From assembly GCA_963845065.1 (NCBI GenBank), contig CAWJQQ010000009.1, positions 448,001 through 512,000 of the forward strand: a stretch of 64,000 nt of DNA, written 5' to 3'. The translations under genes and the position numbers were made by a program. Each line of letters begins with the position of its first letter. Positions within the stretch are counted from its first letter, which is position 1. Of this stretch, positions 21,321-31,380 are shown one piece after another. A model generated the notes under the pieces. That model was not told the origin of the DNA. It made no database searches and saw only the letters and a program-made list of their open reading frames with translations. This DNA comes from Nitrospirota bacterium (GTDB taxonomy: Bacteria > Nitrospirota > UBA9217).

Positions 21321-21662
21321 CTATCGGGTCCTCGACGCCTTCTTCTTTTTCTTTTTTTTATGCTTGGCCGAAGAAGATTTTTTCTTAACCGCTGGCTTCG
21401 CCTTGGGTTTGGATTCACACTGCTGGAGTTTTTTCTTGAGGTCATCGGTCATCTGGTTCTGATCTTTGAGTAGCTGTTCCAGCTTCGCGTTGTCCTGCTT
21501 CAGCGAATCAAGGTCCTGTCTGGCTGCATCTCGTTCCGATCTTGCTTTATTGGCCGCATACAGGCTCCAAATCAGCAGGATCGTTACGATCGCTGCGAGT
21601 GTAAGAAATATGAGCTTCGCCTTTTGTTTATCCTCATTGTCACTCCTCTCCGGTCTATCCAT
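21321..21662 (-). CDS. Single-TM coiled-coil protein with poly-Lys tail
   Basis: TM helix, heptad coiled coil, C-terminus KKKSSSAKHKKKKKKKASRTR; GGAGG SD. Confidence 0.75.
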   Translation of the reverse strand: MDRPERSDNEDKQKAKLIFLTLAAIVTILLIWSLYAANKARSERDAARQDLDSLKQDNAKLEQLLKDQNQMTDDLKKKLQQCESKPKAKPAVKKKSSSAKHKKKKKKKASRTR

Positions 21663-21702
21663 GTATTTCTTATTCCCTCCTTCTCAGTATTCGGATGTAT
21701 GA

Positions 21703-22212
21703 TTATTGATATCGTTTCACTTCAAACCGGTATAACTCTACGGGGGTCCCGGGTAAAATACCTGCTTTTTGCATGGCGATGTTGACCTGGTAGTCCACAG
21801 TATTTACACCTTCGAGATCTGGTAGAAGCAGTCCCCGTTTTCTGCCTGCCTGCACAATGACCCCGTATTTCCGGGGGTTGAGATCGTCTTTACTCGTGAC
21901 CTTCTCAGGAGGCGTGAGCACATCAACGGTGTATTCGATCGTTGCCAATTCGTCCGCTTGCACGCACTCGAAACGTGGATCGCAGGTTGCTGCGCTGATT
22001 GCATTTCGTACTGTTTCGTGTGCGATCGTCGGTTCGACAGGCTGGAACGTCCCGATGCATCCACGGAGATTCCCTTTGATCTTGAGGCAAATGAACACCC
22101 CGGCGCGTTGTTTGAGATCCGCGGCAAGGTCCTTTTCCTTGACTTCGGTGATCCTGCCTTCACGGATGTACAACTCGACAGTGTCTTTTGCAAGCTTGAC
22201 GAGGGGATGCAT
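21703..22212 (-). CDS. amrA: AmmeMemoRadiSam system protein A (AMMECR1 domain)
   Basis: GVFICL, LRGCIGT, DPRF, GLLLPDL, KAG. Confidence 0.9.
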   Translation of the reverse strand: MHPLVKLAKDTVELYIREGRITEVKEKDLAADLKQRAGVFICLKIKGNLRGCIGTFQPVEPTIAHETVRNAISAATCDPRFECVQADELATIEYTVDVLTPPEKVTSKDDLNPRKYGVIVQAGRKRGLLLPDLEGVNTVDYQVNIAMQKAGILPGTPVELYRFEVKRYQ

Positions 22213-23195
22213 TACGTCTCCCGCTGCACCACATAGTCTGCGAGCGTCATAAGCGCTTGGCGCGTCGCCGAGTCGGGAAACACTGCAAGGGACGCTTTGG
22301 CTTCGTTTGAAAGCGCTTGGGCCACGCTGAGCGCTTCATCGACTGCCCCATACTTTTCCATAAGTCTCAGCGTATAGGTGAGGTCCCCGTCAGAGACGGT
22401 ATCGGTCTCAAGAATGCTTCTGATGTACTCCCGCTCTTCCTCTCCGGCCCTTCGGATGACATAAATGAGCGGAAGGGTAACTTTCCCCTCATTGAGGTCC
22501 TTTCCCAGGACCTTGCCGAGCTGTTTCTGGTCTGCGGAGTAGTCAAGAGTGTCGTCGGTGATCTGGAAGGCAAGACCAATCTTTTTCCCGTAAGCGGTGA
22601 GGGCATCCTCCTGCGACAGGGGGGCCTTGCTGATAATTGCTCCGAGCCTGCACGCAGCGGAGATGAGTACACCGGTCTTGCATTCGACCAGCCGGAAATA
22701 GTCCGCCTCAATGATCTCCGCATTTTGGATCTGCATGAGCTGGAGCACTTCGCCTTCGGACATCGTGGTCGTAGTCTCCGAAAGAACATCCATTACACGC
22801 TGGTTCTGGAGCCGTACCGCGTGGTAGAGGGCTTTGGAATAGAGGTAGTCTCCGACGAGGATGCTCGCCTGGTTTCCCCACAGCGAGTTGGCCGATGATC
22901 GGCCGCGTCGGATCTTGGCTTCATCTACGACGTCATCGTGAAGGAGTGAAGCTGTATGAATGTATTCCACCACGCTTCCGAGAATATATTCCGCGTTGTG
23001 TTCCCGGTAACCGCAGAGCCGGGACGAAAGGAGTAGCAGCAGAGGTCGGAACCGCTTGCCACCTGCTCCGAGGATGTATTTGCTTACTTGCTGGATGAGA
23101 GGAACGTCGGTGCCGAGGCTCTCATGGATCCTGTGCTCCATGCGTTCCATATCAGATTTATACTCTTTGAGGACGTCCTGAAGGGTCGTTAGCAT
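22212..23195 (-). CDS. ispB: Polyprenyl (octaprenyl-type) diphosphate synthase
   Basis: GGKRFRP, LLHDDVVD, RRG, GDYL, FQITDDTLD, GKVTLP. Confidence 0.9.
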   Translation of the reverse strand: MLTTLQDVLKEYKSDMERMEHRIHESLGTDVPLIQQVSKYILGAGGKRFRPLLLLLSSRLCGYREHNAEYILGSVVEYIHTASLLHDDVVDEAKIRRGRSSANSLWGNQASILVGDYLYSKALYHAVRLQNQRVMDVLSETTTTMSEGEVLQLMQIQNAEIIEADYFRLVECKTGVLISAACRLGAIISKAPLSQEDALTAYGKKIGLAFQITDDTLDYSADQKQLGKVLGKDLNEGKVTLPLIYVIRRAGEEEREYIRSILETDTVSDGDLTYTLRLMEKYGAVDEALSVAQALSNEAKASLAVFPDSATRQALMTLADYVVQRET

Positions 23196-23392
23196 TCGGT
23201 TTTTCCTGATACGAATCTTATTGAATAATAGGGGAGATGTGCAGTATTGTCAAGGTTTTTTGTGGCGTGGAGAAGGGGATCCCGCAGGTCCCTAGGGCAG
23301 GACGTACGGATAACTCGGGAATTCCTCTCCTGATTAAAATTATGCGATCAGGAAGTAATCCGAGCAGCGTAGTCGTCTGTGGTCGTTTTTTT

Positions 23393-24376
23393 TTAAAGCT
23401 TCATCGCCTCGATCACTTCGACCAGTGTCTTCTGCGCCATGACGCGCGCCTTGAGGGAACCTTGAGCGATGATTTCAGCGACCTTCTCCGGATGGGCTGC
23501 GAGTTCCCTCCGTCGTTCCTGAATGGGCTTAAGATAAGCAAGGAGATGCTTCAGCAGTTCCTTCTTATCATCAACGCACCCTATGCCTGCCCTCCGGCAT
23601 TCTACATTAACATGGTCGCACCATTCTTTGGTTGCGAAGATTTTATCGAGTGTGAACAGAGGGCAGATATCGGGATTGCCCGGGTCTTGACGCCGTACGC
23701 GGGCAGGGTCTGTTACCATCTGCATGACTTTTTTTGTGATTTCCTCGGGGCTGTCGGACAAATAGATACAGTTGTTATAACTTTTGCTCATCTTGCGGCC
23801 ATCGGTCCCCGGAAGCTTTGGATATTCGGTCATGAGCGGCTGGGGCTCAGGGAAGACCTCTCCATACAACTGATCGAACCTGCGGCCGATCTCACGTGTC
23901 AGTTCCAGGTGCGGGAGTTGATCAATGCCAACAGGCACGAAGTGCGCTTTGTATATCAAGATGTCAGCCGCTTGTAGCACGGGGTAGCCCAAAAAACCGT
24001 AGGTATTCAAGTCCTTGTCCTGAATCTGCTCCATTTTTTCCTTGTACGTGGGCACGCGTTCAAGCCAGGGGAGTGGAGTAGACATGGACAGTAGCACGTG
24101 GAGCACGGCATGCTCCGGCACAAAAGACTGCCGGAACAGCACGACCCTATCAGGATCGAGACCTGCCGCGAGCCAGTCTATTACCATTTCATGGATATAG
24201 GTTCGGATTTTGGATGTGTCGGCGTAGTTCGTGGTAAGAGCGTGCCAGTCGGCGATGAAATAGTAACACTCGTACTGGTCCTGGAGTTTTCGCCAGTTGT
24301 CCAGGGCGCCCATGAGGTTTCCAAGGTGAAGTAGTCCGCTTGGCTGCATGCCGCTTAATACGCGTTTTTTTGACAT
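23393..24376 (-). CDS. trpS: Tryptophan--tRNA ligase
   Basis: SGMQPSG, HLGN (HIGH), YPVLQAADIL, VPVGIDQ, KMSKS. Confidence 0.97.
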   Translation of the reverse strand: MSKKRVLSGMQPSGLLHLGNLMGALDNWRKLQDQYECYYFIADWHALTTNYADTSKIRTYIHEMVIDWLAAGLDPDRVVLFRQSFVPEHAVLHVLLSMSTPLPWLERVPTYKEKMEQIQDKDLNTYGFLGYPVLQAADILIYKAHFVPVGIDQLPHLELTREIGRRFDQLYGEVFPEPQPLMTEYPKLPGTDGRKMSKSYNNCIYLSDSPEEITKKVMQMVTDPARVRRQDPGNPDICPLFTLDKIFATKEWCDHVNVECRRAGIGCVDDKKELLKHLLAYLKPIQERRRELAAHPEKVAEIIAQGSLKARVMAQKTLVEVIEAMKL

Positions 24377-24467
24377 ACGATAATCCTTAACGAGGGGGGT
24401 CAGGAGTCAGGGAAAGGGGATAGGGAAAAGGGATTTGTCGCAATTAACCCGGACCCAGAACCCACCT

Positions 24468-25145
24468 TCACATAATATCCCCGCCCAGAAGCAGCGTCAG
24501 GATTGGCCGGATGATCGGCATTATGATCTGGCCGAGAATATTGGTGGCCATAAGAAGAATGAGTATGATTAGGCCATACCGTTCAAGCCTGTAGTATGCC
24601 TTTGCATACGTATCCGGAAGGATCCAATAGACTATTCTGCTTCCATCAAGCGGTGGAATCGGAATCAAGTTGAGTATCGCGAGAACGACGTTGATTTCAA
24701 CGCCGACGATAAACATCAAAGAGAGAGGCGTGGCGATCCATTCCCATGCCTGCTTGGGTAGGGAGCTTTCTATCGCAGGCATGACGACTTTCAGGAGGAA
24801 TGAGCAAGAAATTGCCATGACGATGTTGATGCCCGGACCAGCAATAGAAGAAATCGCCATACCTTTTTTGGGGTCCCTGAAATTGTGGGGATTAATCGGT
24901 ACAGGCTTGGCATAGCCGAACACCATCATGCCATTTGTGAGAAAAAAGAGGAGTAGCGGCATGATGACGGTTCCGAAAAGATCAATATGGGGTATAGGGT
25001 TCAACGTTAGTCTGCCCATATCCCGCGCCGTATGGTCGCCTAGCTTGTTTGCGATCCACCCGTGCGCCACTTCGTGCAGTACGATGGCGAAGATGACCGG
25101 CGGGGCCATGATGATTATTTTCTGTACAGTATTAAGTTCATCCAT
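24468..25145 (-). CDS. Site-2 protease family (M50) protein
   Basis: HEVAH, GRLTLNP, AGP, NLIPIPPLDG. Confidence 0.93.
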   Translation of the reverse strand: MDELNTVQKIIIMAPPVIFAIVLHEVAHGWIANKLGDHTARDMGRLTLNPIPHIDLFGTVIMPLLLFFLTNGMMVFGYAKPVPINPHNFRDPKKGMAISSIAGPGINIVMAISCSFLLKVVMPAIESSLPKQAWEWIATPLSLMFIVGVEINVVLAILNLIPIPPLDGSRIVYWILPDTYAKAYYRLERYGLIILILLMATNILGQIIMPIIRPILTLLLGGDIM

Positions 25146-25231
25146 GGTTTCTTCTCTTATAATCGAAGCTGAAGCGGAGTTTGATACTAAAAGAAACAGC
25201 AATGCTCCTTGTCAAAAAAAACAGGGAAAGG

Positions 25232-27160
25232 TCATTCTTTTGATATGCTATAAGGCAGGAATTTCCCGTCCTGGACCTCGATCAGAAAGAGTTTTTTTTG
25301 TGCTTCTCCATTGCCGGGAAATGAGATATCTCCGGAAATACCGTGATAATTTTTGAGCGCAAGCAGGCCGTCCCGGATAAGCTGTGACGTGTCCTTGTGG
25401 TCTTTGATCAGAGAAAACACCATGGCTGCTGCGTCATAAGCCTGGGCAGATAGAATATCGGGTTCCTCATGGTAAGCTGAACGGTAGGCGTCCCAGATCG
25501 GTTTGATGGTAGGATCTTCGCTTTCGGGAAAAAATCCGTCCACGAATACTGCACCGTTGGCATAGCGCTGGGCGCGTTCGATCAAATCCGGAGAGTGCCA
25601 GTTGTTCGAACCGACCATTGTCACATTCATGATATTGTAAAAAGCGAGCTGAGGAATCAGCAGACCGACGCGTCCGGCATAACCAGGAAGATACATCGCG
25701 TCGAAGCTTGGTGTATAATCCTGAAAGAGTTTTTTTCGCTCGGCATCATCGTCCGGGATGGGTACCTTCCGGGAGCGTAGATCGATTTCCATAATTTTTC
25801 TTATATACGGTCCGAAGTCCTTAACGTCCGAAGGATAAGAAACATTTGCCAGGATCTCGGCTTTTTGCTCGAGGTCCATGGCAAATAGCCGGCTCAGGTC
25901 CTTCCCGTAGGCGTCATCGGGATAAAGAATCACGAATTTTTTCAGATTCAGCCCAAGCGCAAAGCTTGCAGCAGCAGCGGCCTGGCTTGAGTTTGTAAGA
26001 GCGTTTCTGAAAAGCCAAGGACTGAGTTTGCCAATGTCCTCTCCCGAAGCCGCTGGAGTGATCACCGGGATTTTCAATTTATCGAGTTCGGGAACGATGG
26101 CTTCCGTTTCCTTGGTTAACAGAGGGCCTATTACCGCAATGACGCCTTTGGACGCGAATTCCTTCAGTGCCTCAACCGCCTTTTCTGGAGAACCTTCGGT
26201 GTCTTTTATCAGGAGTTCTACACGGTTGTCCGGTTCTTGGATATTATATTCATGTACAGCGAGCTGGACGCCTTTCAGCACATGGTCGCCGAAAAAGGCA
26301 AGCTGGCCAGACTGCGGTATGAGCACTCCTATAAAATACCTCGGGGCCGTTAGATCGATCATGGCTTCGTTGAGTAGCATTTCTGCACGCGCCTTTTCAG
26401 GATGGTTCGGGAACTTGTCGAGAAAGTCCTTGCTGATCCTGATGGCGTCTTGGTACTGCCGGTGTTCGATCAAAAGGCCAGCCAAACGCAATAGGGCGAT
26501 GTCGGAGGGATAAGAAGTATCGGTCGCCAACGCCTTCAACTCATCTGCGGAAAGATTTTTCTCGATGATCTCGCGAACTTGATCACGGTAACCAGCCTTC
26601 TGCTGCTCGTTCTCGCTTGTTGAGGCGAGATAGGCAAGTTCTTTGGCTGCCGGCAGATAGTCCTTTTTTGCAAGGTACGCGACGGAGAGCATCTCCGAAA
26701 TGTGCCTGAGTTGAGCGGGATCGGTTACCTTACTGCGGTCCGCCAGGTTGGCAATGGCGAGTTCATAGTCCTTCAGTTCGAAATAGCACTGACCGAGTTT
26801 ATACCGGGCGGACAGTATGAATGGTGATGCGGGGAACTCAAGGATGAGTTCCTTATAGTAAGTGAGAGCACTCTCGTACTCGCGTTTCACGAGTCGCACG
26901 TCGCCCATGAGGAAAAGCACGCGGTCACGGTAACGGCTCGTGGGATACTGGTACATGAAAGTGTCCGCGGTTTTTAGGGCCAGGTCATATTGTTTCTTGG
27001 CGAAAAAACCGTTTGCCTGATCAACGAGCGTACGAGCGTTCTTTTCCCATGCCGGTTCAGGAGAAATTTTAGGTGCGCAACCGGTTGACAGCACAAGGGC
27101 TGAACCGAGTAGTGCCAGCAGGATGATGGCAAGGACAGATCTGACGTGGGGGGAGGGCAT
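25232..27160 (-). CDS. Lipoprotein: TPR/BamD-like N-terminus plus LpoA-like (penicillin-binding protein activator / periplasmic binding fold) domain
   Basis: Lipobox LSTGC, TPR repeats (YPTS, FPAS, FPNH), IGVLIPQSG...IGPL...QAYDA...GISG. Confidence 0.8.
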   Translation of the reverse strand: MPSPHVRSVLAIILLALLGSALVLSTGCAPKISPEPAWEKNARTLVDQANGFFAKKQYDLALKTADTFMYQYPTSRYRDRVLFLMGDVRLVKREYESALTYYKELILEFPASPFILSARYKLGQCYFELKDYELAIANLADRSKVTDPAQLRHISEMLSVAYLAKKDYLPAAKELAYLASTSENEQQKAGYRDQVREIIEKNLSADELKALATDTSYPSDIALLRLAGLLIEHRQYQDAIRISKDFLDKFPNHPEKARAEMLLNEAMIDLTAPRYFIGVLIPQSGQLAFFGDHVLKGVQLAVHEYNIQEPDNRVELLIKDTEGSPEKAVEALKEFASKGVIAVIGPLLTKETEAIVPELDKLKIPVITPAASGEDIGKLSPWLFRNALTNSSQAAAAASFALGLNLKKFVILYPDDAYGKDLSRLFAMDLEQKAEILANVSYPSDVKDFGPYIRKIMEIDLRSRKVPIPDDDAERKKLFQDYTPSFDAMYLPGYAGRVGLLIPQLAFYNIMNVTMVGSNNWHSPDLIERAQRYANGAVFVDGFFPESEDPTIKPIWDAYRSAYHEEPDILSAQAYDAAAMVFSLIKDHKDTSQLIRDGLLALKNYHGISGDISFPGNGEAQKKLFLIEVQDGKFLPYSISKE

Positions 27161-27163
27161 CGC

Positions 27164-27274
27164 TTATTTTCCTTTTTTAGCCGCCGCATCAGCCTTGGCT
27201 GTTTTGCGTCTGGTCCGCAGGGTCTCTTCCTTGCGTTTCCGCCTTCGACTCAATTCTTTTTGCCTTTCACGCAT
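27164..27274 (-). CDS. Small basic protein (36 aa, DUF6800-like)
   Basis: Below the ORF-track cutoff: MRERQKELSRRRKRKEETLRTRRKTAKADAAAKKGK; AAGGAG SD; stop 3 nt before the lipoprotein start. Confidence 0.7.
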   Translation of the reverse strand: MRERQKELSRRRKRKEETLRTRRKTAKADAAAKKGK

Positions 27275-27506
27275 GGTGCGATTCTCCTTTCAAGAAAATC
27301 TTTATCGTAAGCCTGACACTATAGCGGAGATGGAATGGTTTGTCAATAAGGAGCAGGCTTTAGAAGTGAGATGCAATTTGATAGGGGCACGACAACAGCC
27401 CGATGTTTCCTCCCTAATGCTGTTTTTTGACGGACGGATTTTTCCCTTGATTTCCTTCGGCTGATAGATTAGATTATAGCCGCTTCCACGCCATTTTCAG
27501 GACCGT

Positions 27507-27582
27507 GGGCGAGTAGCTCAGCTGGGAGAGCACCGCGTTCGCAATGCGGGGGTCGAGGGTTCGAGCCCCTTCTCGTCCACCA
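27507..27582 (+). tRNA. tRNA-Ala (CGC)
   Basis: 76 nt cloverleaf; acceptor GGGCGAG/CTCGTCC with G3:U70; anticodon loop TT-CGC-AA; GGTTCGAG T-loop; encoded CCA. Confidence 0.96.
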
Positions 27583-27716
27583 AAATTCCCTTCTTTACGC
27601 CATTTAATAAGCCACAAAACCTACTTCACGATAATCTTGTTTAACCTCAAACATTCATGTTTTGCCAGTTATCTCATCAATTCATAGTTCACGCTGAGGG
27701 AATAACGATATTAAAA

Positions 27717-29381
27717 CCTGAATCCTGCACTCTGATGGAGTAAATAAGATAAAACCATATAGGTTACGCTGATATAATGCGGTTATCTCGCGAACAACCC
27801 ATTATGTCAGGAGGTAACTCATATGGTTAAACTACAAAAGAAGCATAACGCGAAAAGTGGCTTGAATCAAGGCCAAAATGAAGGCCAAGAGGAACCAGCA
27901 AAAATCGGCCCTAATACGCACTACGAGTATTGCAGCGAACGGCTTTCCCCCTTCGGCGGACTGCTGGCGCTGGAGAAGTTCATGGATACCGTAAAGTTCC
28001 AGGAGGTCATGTGCGCTCTGTTCGGCGTGGAGAGACTCCCGCACGTGACGACTTACTGGCGATACGTTGCGTCCTTGGGCATCAATCAAGGGAAGTCCCT
28101 GCTCCTGGTGATGGCGGCGCTCCGAGACCGGGTCTGACAATTGTGCGGACTCGCCTACACCACTATCCACGTCAATTTGGACACGACCGTTGAGACCGTC
28201 TTCGGCGATCAGGAAGGCGGTCGTAAGGGCACAATACCAGAAACCGGGGCAAAAAAGGATTCCGGCCTGTCCTGGGTTCATAGAGGAGACCCGCGAATAT
28301 CTTACCGGGAAGCTTCGAAAGGGCGCAACCATATAAGGGGAAGAAGTCGCGGAGGTAATCAAGAGCATCAAGAAATATCTTCCTGCCTGCGTCAAGAACG
28401 TGTTTATTCGTGGAAAAGACGAGTTCATCAGTTGGGAAGCGGTAAAGGTCGCCGAAGACGAAGGGCACATATACATCTTCGGCAATAAAGGATGCAAGCC
28501 GCCCTTTGATTCCAAGACGTGGTACAAAGCGCACAAAAACGCCAGCGTAGAATACAATGAGTGCTGGTATACGCCGATGGGATGGCTGGGAGAAGGTCGT
28601 TTCGTCTCAATGCGTATTCCGGGAAAGAAATCAGGCAAGGGAGACACGCAGCTTGAACTATTGGAAGACGACGACTTTACTTATCGTGAATTCGTCACCA
28701 ATCATTCGGGCAAATCTCATCAAGCGATCAGTGAGTATGACAAGCGGGCAGACTGCGAGAACCAGATCGGCGAAGTAAAGCGAGAAGGACTGTCGGCAAT
28801 TCCCACGCGCTGGTTCATGAACAACTACGCATATTTTCAAATTGTTTTGTTGGCCTACAACGTTTGGCGATCGTTCAAGATGCTCGCGCAACACAGCGAG
28901 CGGCAGAAAAAAGCAGAGGAGAAAACATCGCCCACAGGTTTGAGCGGCATTGTGGACAATACTATCCGAATCGCCAGGCTCAAGTTACTCTTGATCGCAG
29001 CTAAGCTGGTTACTACGGGGAAGACAACGAAAGGGAGATATTCAGAGCATGATAGTCGGGTAGCAGGACTCTTCAGCTTCATGGAACACCTTGATCGAGT
29101 ACGCATGCGCGTTCGGCCATGGTTCGATAGCAGTCAGTGGCAATGCTGGCATATGGAGGTTTTAAGGCTGAGACCCGCGGAAAATTCTTCTTGATTCAAT
29201 GATGCAAGAAATTTCTTGCACAGCACAAGCTGAGAGACACGAAAGGAATCTTTCAGCTTGTTGTGAGTTGAGTTAACGCAGGTGATAATTCGAAGTGAAG
29301 TAGTGGCGGAGCGTGAGTGGTCGCTGGCAATCAGAATTCCGCTGACGAACAGGGAAAACTACGTTTTGCGCAGGATTCAGG
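27717..29381 (+). mobile_element. IS1380 family insertion sequence
   Basis: Terminal IRs CCTGAATCCTGC (27717-27728) and GCAGGATTCAGG (29370-29381); 5 bp TSD TAAAA (27712-27716 and 29382-29386). Confidence 0.88.
27823..29194 (+). pseudogene. IS1380 transposase pseudogene
   Basis: Fragments LSPFGGL, NLDTTVETVFGDQEG, YDKRADCENQIGEVK, NYAYFQ; TGA at 28135 plus frameshifts. Confidence 0.85.
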
Positions 29382-29889
29382 TAAAAATATTGTTCTCATC
29401 TGCTACTTTTTATCCTGGAAAAATCTGTAAATCAATCGATAAATAATGCAACTTTTATATCTATAATTACTAGTGTCCGGTAAAACTCTGATCCAGTCAA
29501 ACATGCAACTGATTTTGCTTTTATAAAATAAACTATTTCAAAAAGTTGCCTCTCAAGTAAACATGCTATCCGAAAAAACATGAATTCATTCTCTATCCTA
29601 GAGGCATGTCGTAAGCTTAGGAGAAGTACTATATACGTTGTATAAAGGCCTCTGTGACGATATTTCAGGCACAAAAGTTATGCTGTCCGGAATGGGAAGG
29701 ATCAAAATTAAACATATGTAATCGTTTCTTTGAAATATTTCTCCGGACATTATAAATGATATTTTTACAACTGCGGAATGCTTTGGTAGCAGATAAGTTG
29801 CATAATATCATACCATCTTGACAATCGCAAATGCTGTGATAGGATTTAGCTAGATATGATAAAGACAAAAAAGAAAAGAGGCGATTTGT

Positions 29890-30201
29890 ATGAAAAAGAT
29901 TCTAATTCTTTTAGGCGTTATGGTGATTGTCCTTGCCGTGGGAACTGCCTATGCGGACAGCACGGATATGAGGGCTGGAGTGTATAATGGTATTACGGCA
30001 TTTGAAAAAGTTCCTCTGCCGTCACATGATGTCTCATTAGGTCTCGCGTTGGGGAACGGTATTACCGCATTTGACGTTCGCATAGAAGTACCCGCGGCCG
30101 AAGGTGAAGCCGCAGGCGGTTTACGTACAATGGAACCTAGCATGAAACTGGATAATGGTATTACCTATTTTAGTACAGGTGTACCAACGGAGTCGAAATA
30201 A
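29890..30201 (+). CDS. Small exported protein with three NGIT(A/Y)F repeats
   Basis: Signal peptide MKKILILLGVMVIVLAVGTAYA; YNGITAF, GNGITAF, DNGITYF; GAGG SD. Confidence 0.8.
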   Translation: MKKILILLGVMVIVLAVGTAYADSTDMRAGVYNGITAFEKVPLPSHDVSLGLALGNGITAFDVRIEVPAAEGEAAGGLRTMEPSMKLDNGITYFSTGVPTESK

Positions 30202-30418
30202 TCGCGACTCTGGGGTAAATTAAGCGATAGATTTTAAAGTGCTCAAAAAAAAGTTAGATGCATCAATTGATATGTTAAGCAGGCCGAAGTTTAGCCTGCT
30301 TTTTACTTTTCCGCTACCGCGTGTAATTCCATCACTAATATTGCTTCGTATGAAATTTCGGTAAAACAAAAGAGGCATGCCTGCCATGAGTTTAAAGAAA
30401 AAGTAGTAGCTAGTGTAG

Positions 30419-30543
30419 AAACTGCCCGAAGTAATGCGCGGGGAGATAGAAGGAGCCGAACTGTCCATGCTTTCAGAAACATCCGTCTGAACCGTGGAAC
30501 CACCACTACCATCGCTCTAATGATTTAGTGGCGGGAGAGTTCA
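30419..30543 (+). mobile_element. IS605 tnpB 3'-end/right-end (reRNA) relic
   Basis: AACTGCCCGAAGTAATGCGCGGGAGA...GGAACCACCACTA...TTTAGTGGCGGGAGAGTTCA matches the usual tnpB-terminal and right-end pattern. Confidence 0.55.
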
Positions 30544-30626
30544 TGTCCAAGGTTCTGTTCTGGTGATCACAAAAACTACGAAACCATGCCGGATCATCGA
30601 AGGTTTCTTTTCAATGAGAACTCGCG

Positions 30627-31277
30627 TCAGGGATTAATGAGAAAATCGACACTCTCAACCTTACCGCCGCTCACGAGGACCCGATTACCGTCAAACCTAA
30701 GCCTGCCTTCAGCGTAGATTTGGATGGCACGGGAATAGATATTGTGCTCCTGCAGTAGGATGCGCTGTGAAAGGCTGTCCTCTGTGTCGTTGTCCAGGAC
30801 CGGGACAACAGCCTGAATAATGATTGGGCCTGTATCCATGCCTTCGTCTACGAAATGGACAGTACAGCCGGAAAACTTAACGCCGTGTTCTAGCGCGGCC
30901 TTCTGCACGTGGAGCCCAGGGAAGGAGGGCAATAGAGCAGGATGGATGTTCAGAATACGATTCGGATAGGCTTTTATGAGCTTAGGCGTGATGATGCGCA
31001 TGAAGCCCGCAAGGCAAACCAGTTCCACGTCGTGATTTTGCAGTTCCCTTAAGAGGAGAGAATCAAATTCATCACGTCTGCTTTTATATCCTTTGGCACT
31101 GACATGAACTCCTGGTATGTTGAATTTGCGCGCCCGCGAGAGTGCATAGGCATCGGCTTGGTCGCTGATGACGACTGCGATCTCGGCAGAAAGCATACCT
31201 TTTTCAATGTTGTCGATGATAGCCTGGAGGTTGGAACCGCGACCGGAAACGAGGATGCCGATACGCACTTTCTTCAT
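30627..31277 (-). CDS. purN: Phosphoribosylglycinamide formyltransferase
   Basis: SGRGSNLQA, LAGFMRI, NIHPALLP, GCTVHFV, DTGPII. Confidence 0.97.
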   Translation of the reverse strand: MKKVRIGILVSGRGSNLQAIIDNIEKGMLSAEIAVVISDQADAYALSRARKFNIPGVHVSAKGYKSRRDEFDSLLLRELQNHDVELVCLAGFMRIITPKLIKAYPNRILNIHPALLPSFPGLHVQKAALEHGVKFSGCTVHFVDEGMDTGPIIIQAVVPVLDNDTEDSLSQRILLQEHNIYSRAIQIYAEGRLRFDGNRVLVSGGKVESVDFLINP

Positions 31278-31380
31278 TGAAGAGCTCCTTACCAAAGGAA
31301 GGGTACAGCATCCGGGGCCCTGGGGCGGGAAGGGGAAAGATCAAAATTTGGAAATGACCGCGGCTACTGAAACCGTGCCT

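Noticed and set aside
27832..28647. 271 aa minus-strand ORF
   Set aside because: Antisense to the IS1380 transposase remnant.
27583..30620. Integrative island or prophage at tRNA-Ala
   Set aside because: No integrase and no duplicated tRNA 3' end found; only IS debris and one small gene.
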